Source: Pecten maximus (taxonomy: Eukaryota). From it: 64,000 nucleotides of DNA. Positions 23,017 through 35,620 of this stretch are shown here, in pieces. The stretch is taken from NCBI RefSeq assembly GCF_902652985.1, contig NC_047020.1, positions 12,400,001 to 12,464,000 of the forward strand. Direction: 5' to 3'. Positions within the stretch are counted from its first letter, which is position 1. Each line of letters opens with the position of its first letter. The notes beneath the pieces were generated by a model. That model was given only the letters and a program-made list of their open reading frames with translations, was not told the DNA's origin and ran no database searches. The position numbers were made by a program, and so were the translations under genes.

Positions 23017-23169
23017 CAAGTAAAACCCTGGCCGGGGCAGCGTCTCTGTTGATCCAGAACGAAACCCAAGACAGACACACTATCAACGTGCAAGGGAGGT
23101 AAGTTTGCAGAATAAAAAAGCCCAGGTGCCGCTCCAAGTGAAAGTCAACAGCCAAAATTGAAAATTCGC
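23017..23169 (-). CDS. Receptor exon: loop C end, M1 and start of M2 ([52 protein letters not shown])
   Basis: 153 nt; acceptor at 23170-23171; donor GTAAG at 23016; QTYLPC and SWVSFW motifs. Confidence 0.95.
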
Positions 23170-24866
23170 CTATAAAGAAAACAATGGTCAATATATCATA
23201 TTATCAAATTAGGAGCATGCAGAAGTTTAGGTTTTGTTAAAGGAGACTTCAGTTGTTATTACGCGTAATTGATGATGTGTGTCTGTGTTTTCTTCTGATG
23301 ACACTAGATATATCTCTTGTCCCCAGGCGACTTCAATACTAAATACGTATTGTCTGCTGTCCCCGGGCGACTTCATTAGTGAATACGTATGGCCTCCACT
23401 AAACACACCAACATTACTGTTGAGTATCATACAACATTAGTACAGTTGTAACTATGATATAAGGCAATAACATGTCCTCATAAAATCACTACAATCGACG
23501 TGCGTGTTGAAACAGGATGCCTAATGGCCAATTATCTCCGTTTATAGGTTTAAACCGTAAGCCATTGACGTTAATTACGGCTACAGTGATTCCTCAGAAG
23601 AAATGTTACTTAATTTGTTTCCGAAGATGTTTAACGCCTCTATACATAGACCCCATGTCTCCCTTCGTTGTTTAATCATTTTGTCGCCATTCCAAGAGGG
23701 GATATGTTGCTACTTTTATTTACGATCGATTTAAATGAACAGATTTATTGACAAGAACACGTGTGCCACAGGGTGATTATTTAAACCTGCAGTACAGCTG
23801 CATAGTGTTTATAGACAAAAGTACAGTAAACCTATAAACCCAGCACGAGGAAACTCTGATTGACGTAATCGCCTGCTTGTCTATAAGGTATATTCCTCTT
23901 TGCCTGTATCTGTATAAAACCATAAAGCAAAATGACGTTTGAGCGAATTTTAATAGTTGTATATCACAGTATATTTAAGATTGACGATGTTGTATTTTTT
24001 TTTGTATTTTTTTTTGTATTTTGTGTTTAATGTGTTTAAAGGCAATACGAAAAAGGTTCATGGTAAAACGAAAACTATAATTAATTTAGACATTAACAAA
24101 TCTAACCCACATTACATATGAATATATTCTCATACTCTGAAACATCGCATTGGTAGGATATGGCTTGAAGAGTTTTAGATTAAATTGTTGAAAATAGTTG
24201 TATGCGAGTGTGGTTTCTTATCTTACTTTTTAAAAAATTCTATTCTGGAAATTAAGATTAGACACTTAAATAGAAAATGCGTACTAATGATTGAAAATTG
24301 TTACATTTTCTGAACATGAGGAAATGTTTCAGGAAAAAACAAGGCTGATTGAATTGTGCTACCCTTATTCTGTATATGAGAATGGACACAATCATGTATA
24401 CTTTGAATGAAGATGATCTCTAGAAACAAGTCTCGTTTTTCATGTTCCATTCTTGTCATCTAACGTTTTCACGACTTTAGAAAATTGCACAAAAACACTG
24501 AGGATACCGAAGTTAAAACCAAACCGTAGCTCTATATCAAAATCGACAAAATTAGGGTAAAATACCAACAAAAATATAGATTGGAATGGAGATCATTGAA
24601 ATGAAAATAAAGCCATGCATTCTGGAAGGCAAAGCGTCTTCTGCTTCCTCGATGACACCTTCCATGTACATCCAGGTCTAATTCCTGTCGTGAATCGTTC
24701 TCGAAATGGGAGCTAGGGTGATGACAACGGAACCATTATGCGAAGGTTAACAAGTATATCCGACACGTCTGACTTCATTTCCCAGAATTATAGTCTGACT
24801 TCATATCCCAGAATTATAAAATATTTTCGAATGATATAATAATACCAACCATAAATCTTTGCCAGA

Positions 24867-25317
24867 AAAGCCATTAACCTGCACCTCTCAAAATATAATA
24901 TCAGATAAAAGTCATTAACTTGCACCTCTCAAAACATAATATCAGATAAAAGTCATTAACCTGCACCTCTCAAAACATCATATCAGATATGTCATTAACT
25001 TGCACCTCTCAAAACATAATATCAGATAAAAGTCATTAACCTGCACCTCTCAAAACATAATATCAGATAAAAGTCATTAACCTGCACCTCTCAAAACATC
25101 ATATCAGATATAAGTCATTAACTTGCACCTCTCAAAACATCATATCAGATAAAAGTCATTAACCTGCACCTCTCAAAACATCATATCAGATATAAGTCAT
25201 TAACTTGCACCTCTCAAAACATCATATCAGATAAAAGTCATTAACCTGCACCTCTCAAAACATCATATCAGATAAAAGTCATTAACCTGCACCTCTCAAA
25301 ACATCATATCAGATAAA
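24867..25317. repeat. 41-bp minisatellite, about 11 copies
   Basis: Unit AAAAGTCATTAACCTGCACCTCTCAAAACATCATATCAGAT. Confidence 0.92.
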
Positions 25318-27725
25318 ATTCTGATGATACCCAGTGCTAAGATTTAGGTCGACGGATCAAATCGATTTTTACACAAATAACGACAGGAAACTCCTGCAGG
25401 ATATTGGTGGTACATCCACTACTAGTTAACTCGATAAGTACACCCATTTAAAATTTAATTAGTACCCAATATCAGTCAGACGTAACATGTACAATGTATG
25501 AACATATTATCCAAATCAAATTTTGTGTTTTAATCTTGTCGTTTAAATTGTTGGCGACATACCATCTATGAGATACTTGAGTTTTCAATATACAATCTTG
25601 CGAAGAACATTTTTCGTAAAGTGCACGAGACATAACTCACGTGACGTGACAGCATTGTCTACCCAGATCACGTGTGAGGGGATTACAGCAGTAATTTAGG
25701 TAATTTCACTAGACGTGATTTTGAACAGCCCGCACCTTGTCTGACTGGTGTAGTACGAACCGATATCCTCGACCGTCAAACTATATTAGATACAAAGAAA
25801 ACACTAAAGGGAAATTGTTTTCGTAATGGCGGACGCCATTTAAATTGCGTCGGTTGATTACACAGAGGGGATAAAGGAAGGTCAAGGGATTGGCGCGTTA
25901 CTAGTGTTAAAGTCAATCATATCAACTTTGTATGAAAACAAGTCTATGATGGGCAAATTGAGAATATTAAAAACAAGATTTTTTAAAAACCTCAAAACTC
26001 CTGAGAAATTATCAAAAAGGAAGTGTTCAGCGTATAAGCATGGGATGTAAGCTGTAGGTTTCGGATTAGAATATACTAAGGAGTAAAAACATGGCTATTT
26101 TAGAGTGTTCTTTTCATTTATAATTAGTTTTTATAGAGAATTTTAATTTTAGCCTTTTGTACGTGGCTGGACGTCCTCATTGAAACCAGACATGTTAGTA
26201 GTGTTGTCAATCGGAAACAAGCAGAGGAAACAAAATAGCACGAGAAGAAAGGACAGACAAGAAGGAAAGAAGATAATGATCCATAGTATTATGATGGGGC
26301 GGTAGATCAATTTTGACCATGTTCCCTACGCATAGGACACGGAAAGATATCACCGATCCTATATGGCCAACCCGGTAGAAACACGACATGTGTGATGTAG
26401 TCTTTCAGTTTATCATCACCCGAGTCGAGTTTTATTCTTATATTAGCAGATACATTGTATGCGTTCAGCTATGTGTTTAAATATACAGGCAAGGACATCA
26501 GAACACCTCTGCTGATCACGTCTAGCTGCCACGAGGAATTAACAAATAATTTCACATTTGTCGGAATAAAACAAATAATCCCTATCTAGATACAGAATTG
26601 AATAAAACATGCTTCACAGAGGAAATTAACCCCGATCTCTCTTAGAAACACACGACAGGCCCGGCACGACCCGTGCTTACAGAGACGTGGAACAACACGC
26701 CCTGTTCCGTGTAGCCCCTAATGGGTTGTCACGTGATCCATTGTACCATCGCAGAATGTTTAACACCGATTCTCACTATGATGTACTTTCTCGCCAGGAA
26801 TACAATGAATTCTGCTTATTGGTGATAAAGCTGGTTTTTCAGTGTTTGCCACCTATTGTAAAACGATTAACATTTGAAAAGCAATTTGAAAGTACAAACC
26901 ACTTGAATAAATGACATCAACTTGATCAATTCATATGTGACAAACATCGTCACCTGTATCACGCGATACATGCTGACTAGAGGAATGCAGCCTATCAGAT
27001 TAATCTCGTTTCCCTATCGTGTCATTCTTGTTGTTGTAGTTTCTAACATCCAGCAATACTCATTGATTCCATGAACCGACCCTTTCATTTTCGTTCCTTC
27101 GTGTTTTGTTTTGTATTTCGTGCCGCTATTGTTGTCAGTGATTGCATTCCATCATCGCAGAAGGTTTTGTTTCATCACCTACAATGTCGTTTTTCTGCCC
27201 AAGGCCCAGTTGTTTTAAGGGTTATTAGCTTAATCGTTTAATTACTAGGAATCTCATTTCTCCTTTACTTCAAAACGCGAAGGGTGTGTGTATTGTTTAA
27301 AATATGCAAGTAGAAAGAGACTGACGAATGCTGCAGTTTTTATAGAATTTTGAGTTAGTTTCACCATAATTGATTTTATCAAGATTTATCGTTGGGTATA
27401 GCGGAGATACAGACAGCAAGGTCCTGTGAGGACGTGTGTCATTGAGACACAGACAGCAAGGTCCTGTGAGGACGAGTGTCATGGAGACACCAACATCTAG
27501 GATAATATGAGGGCATGTGTCACGGAGACATCGAAAGGGGAAACAAATCTGAAAGGAAAAGCACGCAGGACAGGGAGGAACGTACACAATTCCAAAGTGT
27601 TAAGATAAGTTCTGCTGATATGTTTTTCCTCTTCATTGTCCCCATAGTAGGAACCACGGACAAGAAACTTTCGGTTCTTCTGAATAAACACTCAATATCG
27701 CCTTCTACGATCGACATTCAGTGGC

Positions 27726-27797
27726 TTACAGCAGACCTTGATCTTACAGCAGACCTTGATACAGCAGACCTTGATCTTACAGCAGACCTTGATCTTA
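27726..27797. repeat. 18-bp tandem repeat (TTACAGCAGACCTTGATC), about 4 copies; a ~39-bp duplication lies nearby at 27404-27488
   Basis: Direct inspection. Confidence 0.8.
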
Positions 27798-27959
27798 AGT
27801 GTTCTGATGTATCATCAACAGAAGGAAACACACCTTCGATCTGTCAAGAATTGATTGAATGCTGATTCCTTCAATTGCTCAATGCTAACAAAAATGATGA
27901 AACTTATTGTATATCAGTCCTCGCATGGTTTTGTGATTGGTACAAACCTATACGGAATT

Positions 27960-29290
27960 ATAGTAATGAACGGTAACAAACTGAGAACTTACAGAACTTT
28001 TAAATCGGAGTTATTACTAGATTCGTATGGAAAAGTCTTTAGGCAAAGGATCAAAGGAAGAGTACTTTTTTAATTTTAGTTGTGGTTATCTACCTCTAGC
28101 AGTGGAAACTGGCAGATACGCCAAACCTGTGATTCTATTAGAGGATCGTCTTTGTAAGATATGTATAAATGTAAATAATTGCATAGCGGATGAAAAACAC
28201 TTTTAAATTGAATGTAATGTACAGTCGAACCCACTTAATTTGAAATCGGATATATTGAAATATCGTTTAATTTGAAGTGAAATAAAATCCCCGTCCGAAT
28301 GCCTTCTTTGTCTTTGTATTGTTTCATCGGTTATTTTGAAATCGGTTTATTTGAAATATCGCTTTATTTGAAAGGAAATTATTGCCCCCGGCAATGCTAA
28401 ACCATTGTTTATGTATCGCTTAAATTGAAAGTCGCCACGACAGGCTTCGATTACCGGTCATTACGGTACGTGCGTCCGATCAAAAGACAGATAAAAATGA
28501 TATGCTGATTTACACAATACAAATAAATTGTGACTTTTAATTACTAAATGCGTTTGTTATGTGCATGAATCTTTATGTTTACGAGTATACCTTGAGGAAC
28601 ACAGCTTATTTTGGCTTCTGCTACATGTACAGTATACATCGAAATTGACTCTGATTTAACTACACGCGAGACAATTACAAATGACGAGGCCATTATTAAG
28701 GATTTGACAGACAATGCTAACAACGTAACCAGAATAGTGATATTGACAACAACCTCAAATAATTTGTGAAAATCCATCTATCACCGACGCACAGGTCCGA
28801 TTTCAGACGATAGTTCTCGGAAAGTAGCCCGGATGTACCGGAAACTTGTTCTCATGTGTGTCCGCGAACTCAACATAAACAAAAACAAGCAACAGTCGAA
28901 GACGCCTCCCGTCGAATTTAACATTATTTCTAATAAACCGTGAAACTACTATCATTTTGGAATCGATTGTTAATACTAAGTAAATGTTGATTAACTATAT
29001 TGAACAATGGTGTGTTGTTTGACGTAGCGCTGTACTGAAATATGTCGGTAAAAGGCTGGATCCCGGTTATATTGAAAACCGGTTAATTTGAAGTATTTTT
29101 CCATTCCCCGAGCATTTCAATATAACCGGGTTCGACTGTATATAATAACATTAGAACACCCTTGTTTAATAGCAAATAATATAATTAATTATTTTAGCAG
29201 TTTTGATAACACCGACAAGGTCATTTATATAACATGTACAGAAGACGTAGCAGCCTATGTGAATGATAATTTTAACCGTGTGTTGTAAGC
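27960..29290 (+). mobile_element. LINE ORF2 C-terminal remnant (CR1/L2 group), split by a MITE
   Basis: NKLRTYRTFKSE...CGYLPLAVETGRY...EDRLCKIC...DEKHF*IEC precedes the MITE; YNNIRTPLF...DKVIYI follows it. Confidence 0.7.
28222..29138. mobile_element. Tc1/mariner (pogo/Tigger-like) MITE, 917 bp
   Basis: CAGTCGAACCC...GGGTTCGACTG termini with TA on both sides; subterminal TTGAAAT repeats. Confidence 0.85.
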
Positions 29291-29830
29291 CATGTTTGGC
29301 TGAATATCACATATAATTACATTTTCTTCATTTATGAATTAGTTAAATATAACAACGGGGTAAATCCCCTTTTTTAGTTGATTAGTTAATTGTATCTAGC
29401 TTAGAGTGAATTAAGCAGACCTCGCTGGTAGGGCTCTCCCCAACCCATGGGAAAATAAATTTCACTACTATGCAGAGCAAGAAACTTACACTTATATATA
29501 TATTCACCATGCATATTTATTTATTTTATTCAATACTACTTTAAAAGACATAGTGTTTTAATGCATTAATTGTATAAATGTTGTTTAATCATTATATATA
29601 TGTAAGTCGATTTCAGAGAGTTTGGTAGATAGGGACTGTCCCAATCACATTCTCTCTGGATTGGAATGCGTGATTTTGTGATGGTTTTATTGATCTAACA
29701 AATAATTATTGTAACAGTTCTTTTTAGAATATCAATATTCTATATTTTAGTATGATTAAGATGACTGATCCCCGATAGTAGAGTATGTTTTATATATGCA
29801 TGTTTGTTATAGTCAATGTAGAATAAACAA

Positions 29831-29866
<36 letters not shown>
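29831..29866. repeat. (GATT)n microsatellite
   Basis: Direct inspection. Confidence 0.9.
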
Positions 29867-29867
<1 letters not shown>

Positions 29868-30367
29868 AAAAGTCCACAATGAATTTGTCCACAAATTTAA
29901 TGTTTCACTTTCTGATATGATAACATTCTGGATAGATGTCAGTGGATTATTGTCTATGGCCATCCTGTACACACGTACAAATACAGTACAATACGACAAT
30001 TTCTACCTCCTCTTTGTGTACAGGCGAACATATCTATTCTTTTTATTTTATAAATTTAATTTATTTATAATTTAATTGATGACCAGTCTGTGTCTTACAC
30101 ACTCGAACACTTGCAAAAACACAGGTTTTCTTTACAGATCTGCAAAACAATATCAAAGTGTTTTTATCGCACAAATCGCCATCTAAAATATACATTGTCA
30201 ATGTTTCAATGACTTCAGTTTCAGTGTGTCCTTGCCGTTTCCAATGATATTTCTATCTCAACAAGTCTTATAACACGGGGCGCAATAATACTCGTTATAC
30301 TCTGTTATTACTAAGTTATAAGTGGACATTTTGTCCAGTGTAAGAAAGAGAGATTCACTAAACTCAC

Positions 30368-30511
30368 CCATGTGGTTACTTTCTGTGAAGTTCATTGACT
30401 GAATGAAGTCCATGTCAAACTGTGACATTGTCAGATCGTTGTAGACCTCAACGGGTGAGGGGGCACTTCCGACCTTCCATATGTACAACACGTCCTTCGT
30501 CGTGTAGCCGT
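30368..30511 (-). CDS. Receptor exon: loop B end, loop F and loop C start (YGYTTKDVLYIW...SQFDM...SNHMG)
   Basis: 144 nt; acceptor at 30512-30513; donor GTGAG at 30367; phase-compatible with both neighbours. Confidence 0.93.
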
Positions 30512-31319
30512 CTGTAACGGAAAAACAGCAGTTAAAGTATGGTACCTTTCTCAGATTGATGATTAAAATGTTTATGTTAAAATGTACCCAACCGGTGCAT
30601 TTCTATTTATCTTTCGATTATTATTATTTTTACATGAAGTTCATGATGTTGCTATTGTTTGAAAACGAGGCAACCAGAGTGTATTCCGAGGTGAAACATT
30701 GTACAACAATTATGAGTCCTAGAGTTTATTTTATACATGCTTTGAATATTAAAATCGCGTATCTAGTAAAACCATAAATGATCATGTATGTAAATATGAA
30801 TAATGACATATCGACAGAAAAATATCTTATATTTATGATGTTTTTTCAATGAAGACAATGAAAGCCTTTACACAATATGTGATGGTGTTCTATTATAATA
30901 AACTTATTTGCAGAGTGTGTGAATAAGATATGGTTTTTGTTCATTTGGATATACAATGTATTTATATTCTGTGTTGCATTTGCCTATATGTCGTTAGTAA
31001 ACCAAATTGTATTCATGAGACTGTATACTACAATTAACAGTGATTCGGTCAGAGTAGGAATACAGCCCCAGGTGTTGCTGGTCAAAACAATGGCCGCCAA
31101 TTACTTTCGGCCTGTAGAGATTTTGAATGCTAGTATTTATAATCCACAACACAAAAAATAAAGCAACTTCACAAGTTATGAGAGTAATATTTTATAATTG
31201 AAACAAAATGTAGTCAACACAAAATAACTATAAGCGCCGTTCTTGATCTAGGATTTATCAAATTGTCAATGTCGTCACACTCACAGGGGCTCTTTTCCGA
31301 ATTATCAGAAATGTAAGAC

Positions 31320-31757
31320 ACGGCGGCACCGTAGGACCAGAGGAGATATGATTAACGTTTTTAAGATAGTAAATAACATATACGATAGTAGAATAACAAA
31401 AAACTTTTTCCAAATGGACAAGATGAGTAGAACCAGTGGTCACGATAAGAAAATATTCAAAAAGCGATGTCGTCTTGATGGAAGCAAACATTTTTTCAGT
31501 TACCGAGTTATTGATTTATGGAATAGCTTGCCACAAATTGTTGTCAATGCTGATTCTATCATAACATTTGAAATAATGTTAGATGATCATAGGAAAAATA
31601 ACCGTTTTTGTTCATGAATGTACAGGAACTAATATAAAGCCATTAATTACATAGGAAATATTTATATTATACTATGTATTGATATTGATATGGATATAGA
31701 GGCTACAAGCCTGCGTCCATTATTTATGATAATAAATGCTAATAAATGCTAATAAAC
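31320..31757 (+). mobile_element. CR1 LINE 3' fragment
   Basis: RRTRGDMINVFKIVNNIY...TSGHDKKIFKKRCRL...FFSYRVIDLWNSLP..VVNA is the CR1 ORF2 C-terminus; 3' UTR with an (AATAAATGCT)n tail. Confidence 0.85.
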
Positions 31758-32436
31758 ATTAAAAGTTCAGTATTTATAAAAAAAAATTAAAAAAAAAAAA
31801 ATCCTATGAAAAATCGGGAGCATCAACATGGTTTCCGGTTGTGTATGTATATTGGATTTTAGTTTTGTGGTTATTCACTGATGTTAAAGGCCTACCTTAC
31901 AAAATCGAGCCCCTGTGAAGTTGAAAATCGTCTGCTGAGATGCGACTGGTTAGACTTAGAATCAGTTTCAACGAAATATCTTTGGAATCGTTTTCACCTA
32001 CTGTCAAGACGACTTTCATTTAGAATTTAAGAACTGATATTCTTCTGAAAATAACGTAAATCCAGTCGATAGAAACTTGAGTATTTCCGAGGAATCGAGT
32101 CTGTCCTTTGCAATACCCGTTCAAAGCCGCATCACTTCTAAATGTTAACCGTATAGCATTGCGCCGAAAAACGGCTTGGATTTTAAACAATCAGACATTA
32201 TGCAACTGTGAATAACTTGACGATATCTACAAACGTTTATGAAATAGAAAATAAAGCCAAATTTGTCCAAAACCATTGTATGTGTTTGCTATTAATAACG
32301 ACATGAGGGACTATATTAATCCTTCTGGAAGTTTCGGCCGTTCCGGTATTTGAACCTGATGACGTCAGTGATAGGGGAAGCGGCAAATGTAAACGCGTCT
32401 TAAGCTACAGTAGATAAAAAAAAATGAATGTAAATA

Positions 32437-32589
32437 TAAGCAGTAGACTGTTACCAAATGGTAGTATACAGTCGATATGAATACAATTTGGGTGACAGAT
32501 AAATAGAATGTCGCCAGTTATTTATCTGCCACCCACATTGTATTCATATCGACTGTATATACTACCATTTGGTAACAGTTCAATGCTTA
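32437..32589. repeat. Near-perfect fold-back, arms about 70 bp (probably an internally deleted MITE)
   Basis: TAAGCA..ACTGTTACCAAATGGTAGTATACAGTCGATATGAATACAAT... is mirrored by ...ATTGTATTCATATCGACTGTATATACTACCATTTGGTAACAGT..TGCTTA. Confidence 0.85.
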
Positions 32590-33025
32590 AAAGAAATTCT
32601 CATTTCATCTCATATAACATTTCTCCTATGTTTGATACGTTTTGTACTTGTTTTAGCTTATATTTTTTAAGTCATGTAAAAGAATAGTTTCGGCTTTTGT
32701 TTTGTATTGTATGATAGCCGTTTCAGACGACATTAAGACGGTGTTATGTTTGGATGTTATAAGTTGTCATTCCAGAAGAAAATTAATTATCTTTATCAAG
32801 TACATAATTAATATTCTCGACCAGTGAATGATTGTTCGACCTCTGTATCTGGAACAGTATCCATAGCTCAAACGTAACATTTGCGTATCAAATGAGAAAA
32901 TTGTCTAGACTATTGGAGGTCGGAAGACACGTTACTACAACCGGTCACTGGGGATTCCTGGAGGACATCCTATTGCTCCTGTATATGGCATTTAACATCC
33001 GGGTCACTAAATATATCTTACTCAC

Positions 33026-33108
33026 ATCCGCCAATTATTAGAGGACACACAGGGCGGTCCATGGGGTAGTTCATCAACTTCATAGGACAGCTCGCTCGAA
33101 TTGTTATC
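33026..33108 (-). CDS. Receptor Cys-loop exon (ITIRASCPMKLMNYPMDRPVCPLIIGG)
   Basis: 83 nt; C-x13-C signature; acceptor TTTTTTGCAG, donor GTGAGT. Not in the supplied ORF track. Confidence 0.95.
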
Positions 33109-35491
33109 CTGCAAAAAAAGAGTGTATGTCTAAATGTACTAGTCTAATGGTTAACACGCTTCAGGAAAATCTGACTAAATATAATAGTACATTAAGCCTT
33201 ATTTAGATACTAATATTGTGTAATATAGCGCGTAATAATATTTGTGTTGGTAAAAACAACAATACCCACGTGGTCGTCCATATGATGACATTTTGTTTCA
33301 TGTCGAACCGGGAATCGTTTACCAAATAACGGAAACATCACACTGTCTTTAATTAGGCTGACTGAATTTGATTTGTATCGACCTTTTAGTATTTTTTGTA
33401 TATGTTTTTCATTGTCGACGACGTTAAAAGTAGCGATTTTTGCAGAACATCAACTCATTTGTTACCATAACTTTGGTATTCGTATTTCAAGATTGGAGGT
33501 TCCTACTTTGGTAGGATTTCTCTAACTGAATAACCTTGCTTTTAATCCAATATCTAGGAGAAAATGTGTTCCTCTCCATGAATAACAAGGTGTTGTGACC
33601 TTTTTAGACAAAAAACAATTAAAGGTTCACAACATCAGCGAGGATATTAATTAGCGGATATCGATGGTATAGCCTGTAATTCTGACGTTAAAGATTAGCA
33701 GTAACTATGATCGTCATTAGTAAGTTTATTTGTTTAATTATTTATTCATCTGTTTATTTTATTCATTTTATTTTTTTTAAGTATGAGTTGTATTCGGACA
33801 GCGATATAGGGATTTCTTGGTATTTATCGATAACTGAGAATCGTCTGTCGAAGTTAATATAGTTGATTTTATAAACAGATACTCGGCGAACAGACTGTAC
33901 CTTTGTCCCGAAATACGTGTATTATCAATTACACAAAACGCGTTCTTCGTGGAGCGTTACCTTGTCTTACCATCATATACACTACAAGCCTACCAAAGTC
34001 GTCCAAAACCGTGTACACAAGCAACTACAGCAGTTCCTTGGACTGTCGTCCCTACATAAGGTAATCCTGGGTAGTTACAAATGTACAATCGGCGTTGTAC
34101 TTAGTTTATAATCGTATATAAATGTTTATAGCACCAGAGAGTGATAAAGTCCACGCCTCTTAGATCACTTTGTTTGGGATTATTGGACATGGATAAAGTG
34201 ACCCCGACATCGTCTTCCAATAAAACATCAACAAAAACATATTGCTTTTATTATTCTCGACATGTCATGCATTCGTCTAGACAGACAAGCATATTAATTT
34301 CTCAGCATAAAAGGATTAAATGGCTGGATACGGTGCATGGTAAGGCTTAAACAACTCGAGACTTTCAAAGCAGTCTGACTTTTAAATTAATTATGTTTTT
34401 ATTCGGTGTAGTCTACAGACAGGAATATTACGTTACGATAAAACACGTCACTCCACTGTGCCAATGTCTTCCGCAACAGTAACCTGTGCAGGAGGGTCGG
34501 ATAAGCCAAGGGCACAGAGTCTGACAGCCGCATTGTTTACAAACGTATCTAATGGCAGGCTAAGTGTACCCAAAACAAAGATGGTCGTTGAGAAGTCGCG
34601 AAAGGCATTTCTACGAAGTCTGGTTACTTTGAGAAAATGATTTGTGATGCGGACTTTTCTTGATTACACGTGGTAGGAAGGTCCTGTCCAGACAGAGATG
34701 CTCTGTGTTATTACATCTTATACGCACGCGATCGCTGATTTCGTTTTCCCAGTGGTCGGTCATTTCATGGTAACGCGACTTATGTGTTCGGTTTGACGGC
34801 TGATTCCACCCATTCTTTCAAAAATCGATAGTAAAAAAATCAAAAAATGTCTTTTTGTCTAGATTTGTTCATACGTATATCATCTCATTCCGACACATAT
34901 CACCATACATGTTCTTTATGTAACATGGCTAATAGCACGTTGTCATTTTCCGATTGTATTGTCTGCCTTTGTTGTGTTTGTGACGTCAGAACGGTGAAAC
35001 AAAGCATGATGTGTAGGTTTCTCAAAACAATGGAATATCTGATTAAGATAAAACAAAAATACCAAGTTATATATAATCTTCAAAAATCAGAAGTATACTT
35101 TTATATTCATGAATAGAAAGGTATTTGGATTTCTATTACCAGCAATAAGGCTGTGTCACATGGTTTGGACATTCACGGTTAAATCGCCAAGAAAAACACT
35201 TTATAATTTGTCTTCAGTTTCCTGGTCTCGCTCTCATCTGAAGAAATACAGTATATTTCCTTGAAAGATCTGACCATTCAAATAGACAAGCATGTAGACA
35301 GGAGGCACGTGCAAAATGATTTCTCTAACCAAATTTCTCCATATCACACTTTTGGCGACTAGCGTCACTGACGTGTACGAGAGAATGAACTATCTCTCTG
35401 GTGTATGTTTATATCAATTTTAACATCAACTCTACATAATCTACTAGAAAAGTAAGATTTAAATGTGTTCTTCGCTTAGACATGTGTCTTT

Positions 35492-35620
35492 TGTAGGTAT
35501 GTTGTACAATTCATACATGTAGGTATGTTGTACAATTCATACATGTAGGTGTGTTGTACAATTCATACATGTAGGTGTGTTGTACAATTCATACATGTAG
35601 GTGTGTTGTACAATTCATAC
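35492..35620. repeat. 26-bp minisatellite, about 5 copies
   Basis: Unit TGTAGGTRTGTTGTACAATTCATACA. Confidence 0.9.
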
